Shown here piece by piece: positions 5,807-7,586 of a stretch of DNA of 7,586 nt. The position numbers were made by a program, and so were the translations under genes. The stretch is from NCBI RefSeq assembly GCF_003334815.1, contig NZ_QOWO01000067.1; one strand, 5' to 3'. Numbering within the stretch: position 1 is the first letter of the stretch; each line of letters starts with the position of its first letter. This DNA is from Escherichia coli (GTDB lineage: Bacteria > Pseudomonadota > Gammaproteobacteria > Enterobacterales > Enterobacteriaceae). Under the pieces are notes generated by a model that did not search any database, had not been told where the DNA came from, and saw only the letters and a list, made by a program, of their open reading frames with translations.

Positions 5807-6154
5807 TTACACATCATCCCATGGTGGCAGCCGGTTAACTTTCCTGCGCCACCAGTGGAAAGAGGCCATGCACAGTCCGAACAAAAAACCACCCGTGATA
5901 CTTATAATAATGGCCTCACCTGCCACCATTCCTGACGGCCCCCAGTAGGTAAACCACATTACACATCCCCAGGAAATGCCCCATAAGCCCCCCGTCAGCA
6001 CCGTGACCTGCCAGAACGGCATAAAGGGTAATGGCGGAAGCCGGATACCCAGCCGCCATAGAATACGCAGAAGAGGAGGGGCATAATTGCTCCGCCACAT
6101 CTTTTTGCTGTCCATCAGGGCAATGGCCCGGGCTTTTTTCTGCTCAAAGGTCAC
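5807..6154 (-). CDS. Small inner-membrane protein (two predicted transmembrane helices), function unknown
   Basis: 115-aa ORF with a GTG start at 6154..6152, preceded by GGAGG at 7-nt spacing. Two hydrophobic segments (VTVLTGGLWGISWGCVMWFTYW and MVAGEAIIISITGGFLFGLCMASFHWW) and a positively charged C-terminus. Convergent with the 196-aa gene (19-bp gap between stops). Confidence 0.55.
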   Translation of the reverse strand: MTFEQKKARAIALMDSKKMWRSNYAPPLLRILWRLGIRLPPLPFMPFWQVTVLTGGLWGISWGCVMWFTYWGPSGMVAGEAIIISITGGFLFGLCMASFHWWRRKVNRLPPWDDV

Positions 6155-6192
6155 AGGAGCACCTCCGTTCCATGATGTAAACGTGACACAGC

Positions 6193-6260
6193 TTATTGTT
6201 ATTGATTATTATTATCATGCTGTGATTATGTTATCACGCACCGGTACACGATAACAATAA
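6193..6260. promoter_or_regulatory. Inverted-repeat-flanked promoter region upstream of the immunity gene
   Basis: Perfect 10-bp inverted repeat TTATTGTTAT (6193..6202) and ATAACAATAA (6251..6260), separated by 48 bp that contain two TGATTAT-N-TTATCA(T/C)G direct repeats. An AAGGAG Shine-Dalgarno lies 7 nt before the ATG at 6273. Confidence 0.4.
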
Positions 6261-6272
6261 AGGAGAAACCAG

Positions 6273-6620
6273 ATGAAACTGGATATATCTGTAAAGTATT
6301 TACTGAAAAGCCTGATACCAAGCCTCATTATTCTTACAGTTTTTTATCTGGGATGGAAAGATAACCAGGAAAATGCAAGAATGTTTTATGCGTTCATCGG
6401 ATGCATTATCAATGCCATTACTTTTCCTTTTTCAATGAGGATAATACAGAAAATGGTAATAAAGTTTACAGGGAAAGAACTCTGGCAAAAAGACTTCTTT
6501 ACAAATCCAGTTGGCGGAAGCTTAACTGCAATATTTGAATTATTCTGTTTCGTTATATCAGTTCCTGTGGTTGCCATTTACTTAATTTTTATATTCTGCA
6601 AAGCCCTTTCAGGAAAATGA
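6273..6620 (+). CDS. Pore-forming colicin immunity protein (colicin Ia/Ib-type, three transmembrane helices)
   Basis: 115-aa protein with three hydrophobic helices (LIPSLIILTVFYLGW; MFYAFIGCIINAITFPFSM; LTAIFELFCFVISVPVVAIYLIFIFC). Convergent with the colicin gene, 17 bp from its stop, which is the arrangement known for immunity genes of pore-forming colicins. Its length matches my recollection of the Ib-type immunity protein, unverified. Confidence 0.8.
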   Translation: MKLDISVKYLLKSLIPSLIILTVFYLGWKDNQENARMFYAFIGCIINAITFPFSMRIIQKMVIKFTGKELWQKDFFTNPVGGSLTAIFELFCFVISVPVVAIYLIFIFCKALSGK

Positions 6621-6637
6621 AAGGGCATCATTATGTG

Positions 6638-7586
6638 TCAGATACCAATAAGTTTATTGACCTGCTCAATAAACTTATCATTAACAAGCGCACTCACAGC
6701 CGCCATAATAATTGCAAAACCCAGAATACCTACAGGGGTTCCCAGCATGACGGAAAACGTCCATGCTGTAACTGCTGAAGCAGCTCTTCCTGCTGCCAGT
6801 GATTCAAGTTTTACAAAAAATGGACGCCAGTTGTCCGTTTTTACAGCCTTTTGTAACTCCACAGCAACATCATAACGATCAATAACTTTTCCGGTAAAAC
6901 CAAATGCCTTACTGAACAGCTTAAAATTCTCCGCCATATGGACCTGATTAATAGCTTCCAGGGCTTTAGAAATGGCCATGCGATCTTGTATGCTATATTT
7001 CTTGTTCAGATTATTACGGAATTTATCAAAAGCGTTCAGTGCATCATCCACACTCTTAATCTGTTTCCCTTGAGATACAGAAGCCAGCTCCTTAGCAAGT
7101 TCGGATGCTTGTTTACCGAACTCATCATATATCGTTCTGTAGAAATCAGAGGTGAGTTTTATGGCATCCTTTACCATATTTATTTCATCCCTTTTTCTTT
7201 TCTCTTCCGCTATTTTCTGATTGATGTCAGCAAGCTGGCTACGGATATTCTCTTTTTCCTTCAACAGGGCATTAAGAGCGTCATTTGCATGCTTTTGTTC
7301 ATTTGTTCTGGCACTGACGTTATTTCTCGCCGAATTTATCGCAGATTCAGCAGAGGTGATTTTATTTCTGGCATCAAGCAATCGTTGCCGTAACTTATCC
7401 CATTCAGCAACTTCAGCATTATAAATTTTCTTGTCACCTTCCACATCCTCTGTAACCACCGGATTCCGGTCATTCAGAATATTGCGTTTATAGTCCAGAC
7501 CGGAATGGGTCAGAAGATAATTCAGGTTTGCACGGTTATCGATGACTGCGCTGGTTGTGATTTTTATCGTACCGGCAAATCTCGGA
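6638..7586 (-). CDS. Pore-forming colicin of the Ia/Ib family, 3' portion (channel-forming domain); 5' end lies beyond the window
   Basis: The frame is open from the window edge (first full codon 7585..7583) to TGA at 6640..6638. The track's GTG start at 7459 is an internal valine: manual translation upstream of it continues without stops (...TTSAVIDNRANLNYLLTHSGLDYKRNILNDRNPVVTEDVEGDKK...). The C-terminus (...DNWRPFFVKLESLAAGRAASAVTAWTFSVMLGTPVGILGFAIIMAAVSALVNDKFIEQVNKLIGI) has the hydrophobic helical hairpin of a colicin channel domain and matches my memory of colicin I-type sequence. Confidence 0.85.
   Translation of the reverse strand, partial: PRFAGTIKITTSAVIDNRANLNYLLTHSGLDYKRNILNDRNPVVTEDVEGDKKIYNAEVAEWDKLRQRLLDARNKITSAESAINSARNNVSARTNEQKHANDALNALLKEKENIRSQLADINQKIAEEKRKRDEINMVKDAIKLTSDFYRTIYDEFGKQASELAKELASVSQGKQIKSVDDALNAFDKFRNNLNKKYSIQDRMAISKALEAINQVHMAENFKLFSKAFGFTGKVIDRYDVAVELQKAVKTDNWRPFFVKLESLAAGRAASAVTAWTFSVMLGTPVGILGFAIIMAAVSALVNDKFIEQVNKLIGI

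Noticed and set aside
5334-6098. Small - strand ORFs 5334..5597, 5659..5892 and 5916..6098
   Set aside because: Internal, antisense or out-of-frame overlaps with better-supported genes.
6386-6577. 63-aa - strand ORF
   Set aside because: Antisense within the immunity gene.
6621-6637. Lysis gene or intrinsic terminator between colicin and immunity genes
   Set aside because: Only 17 bp separate the convergent stops, with no hairpin/U-tract and no room for a lysis ORF; consistent with colicin I-type loci, which are known to lack a lysis gene.
6633-7424. + strand ORFs 6633..6875, 6938..7393 and 7221..7424
   Set aside because: Antisense to the colicin gene; AT-rich DNA gives long spurious ORFs.
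6638-7459. Treating 7459 as the colicin start codon
   Set aside because: The GTG at 7459 is an internal valine; the reading frame remains open to the window edge and the upstream residues continue the same protein.
1-7586. CRISPR arrays, tRNA/rRNA genes, insertion-sequence ends
   Set aside because: No regularly spaced direct repeats with unique spacers, no cloverleaf-like or rRNA-like segments, and no terminal inverted repeats flanking a transposase-like ORF were seen.

Overview
This 7.6-kb window reads as enterobacterial plasmid backbone/accessory DNA; I see no rRNA, tRNA, CRISPR array or obvious IS element. All protein identifications are from motif and family recognition by eye, with no database search. 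Left to right: (1) a possible 3' end of a + strand gene (1..156); (2) a type II partition operon on the - strand, ParM/StbA-like actin ATPase (567..1547) and ParR/StbB-like adaptor (158..574), with an 8-nt start/stop overlap; (3) a ~410-bp AT-rich repeat and palindrome region (1548..1960) in the position of a parC-like centromere/promoter; (4) a second, type Ib-like partition pair on the same strand, a small deviant Walker-A ParA-like ATPase (2356..3000) and a ribbon-helix-helix-like protein (1961..2269); (5) a tyrosine recombinase (3180..3959, - strand) tightly coupled to an upstream 137-aa protein of unknown function (3961..4374); (6) a 568-bp non-coding region carrying a GATAAC/CATG repeat cluster and a dense palindrome array; (7) a divergent + strand two-gene operon of unknown function (4943..5197 and 5197..5787), whose second gene is much more GC-rich than its neighbours; (8) a small two-helix membrane protein with a GTG start (5807..6154, - strand); (9) a pore-forming colicin module, with a 115-aa three-helix immunity protein (6273..6620, +) convergent with the 3' part of a colicin Ia/Ib-family gene (6638..7586, -, 5' end beyond the window). 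The most interesting unexplained content is the uncharacterised two-gene operon with its palindromic operator array, the recombinase partner ORF with its candidate recombination site, and the tandem arrangement of two different partition systems.
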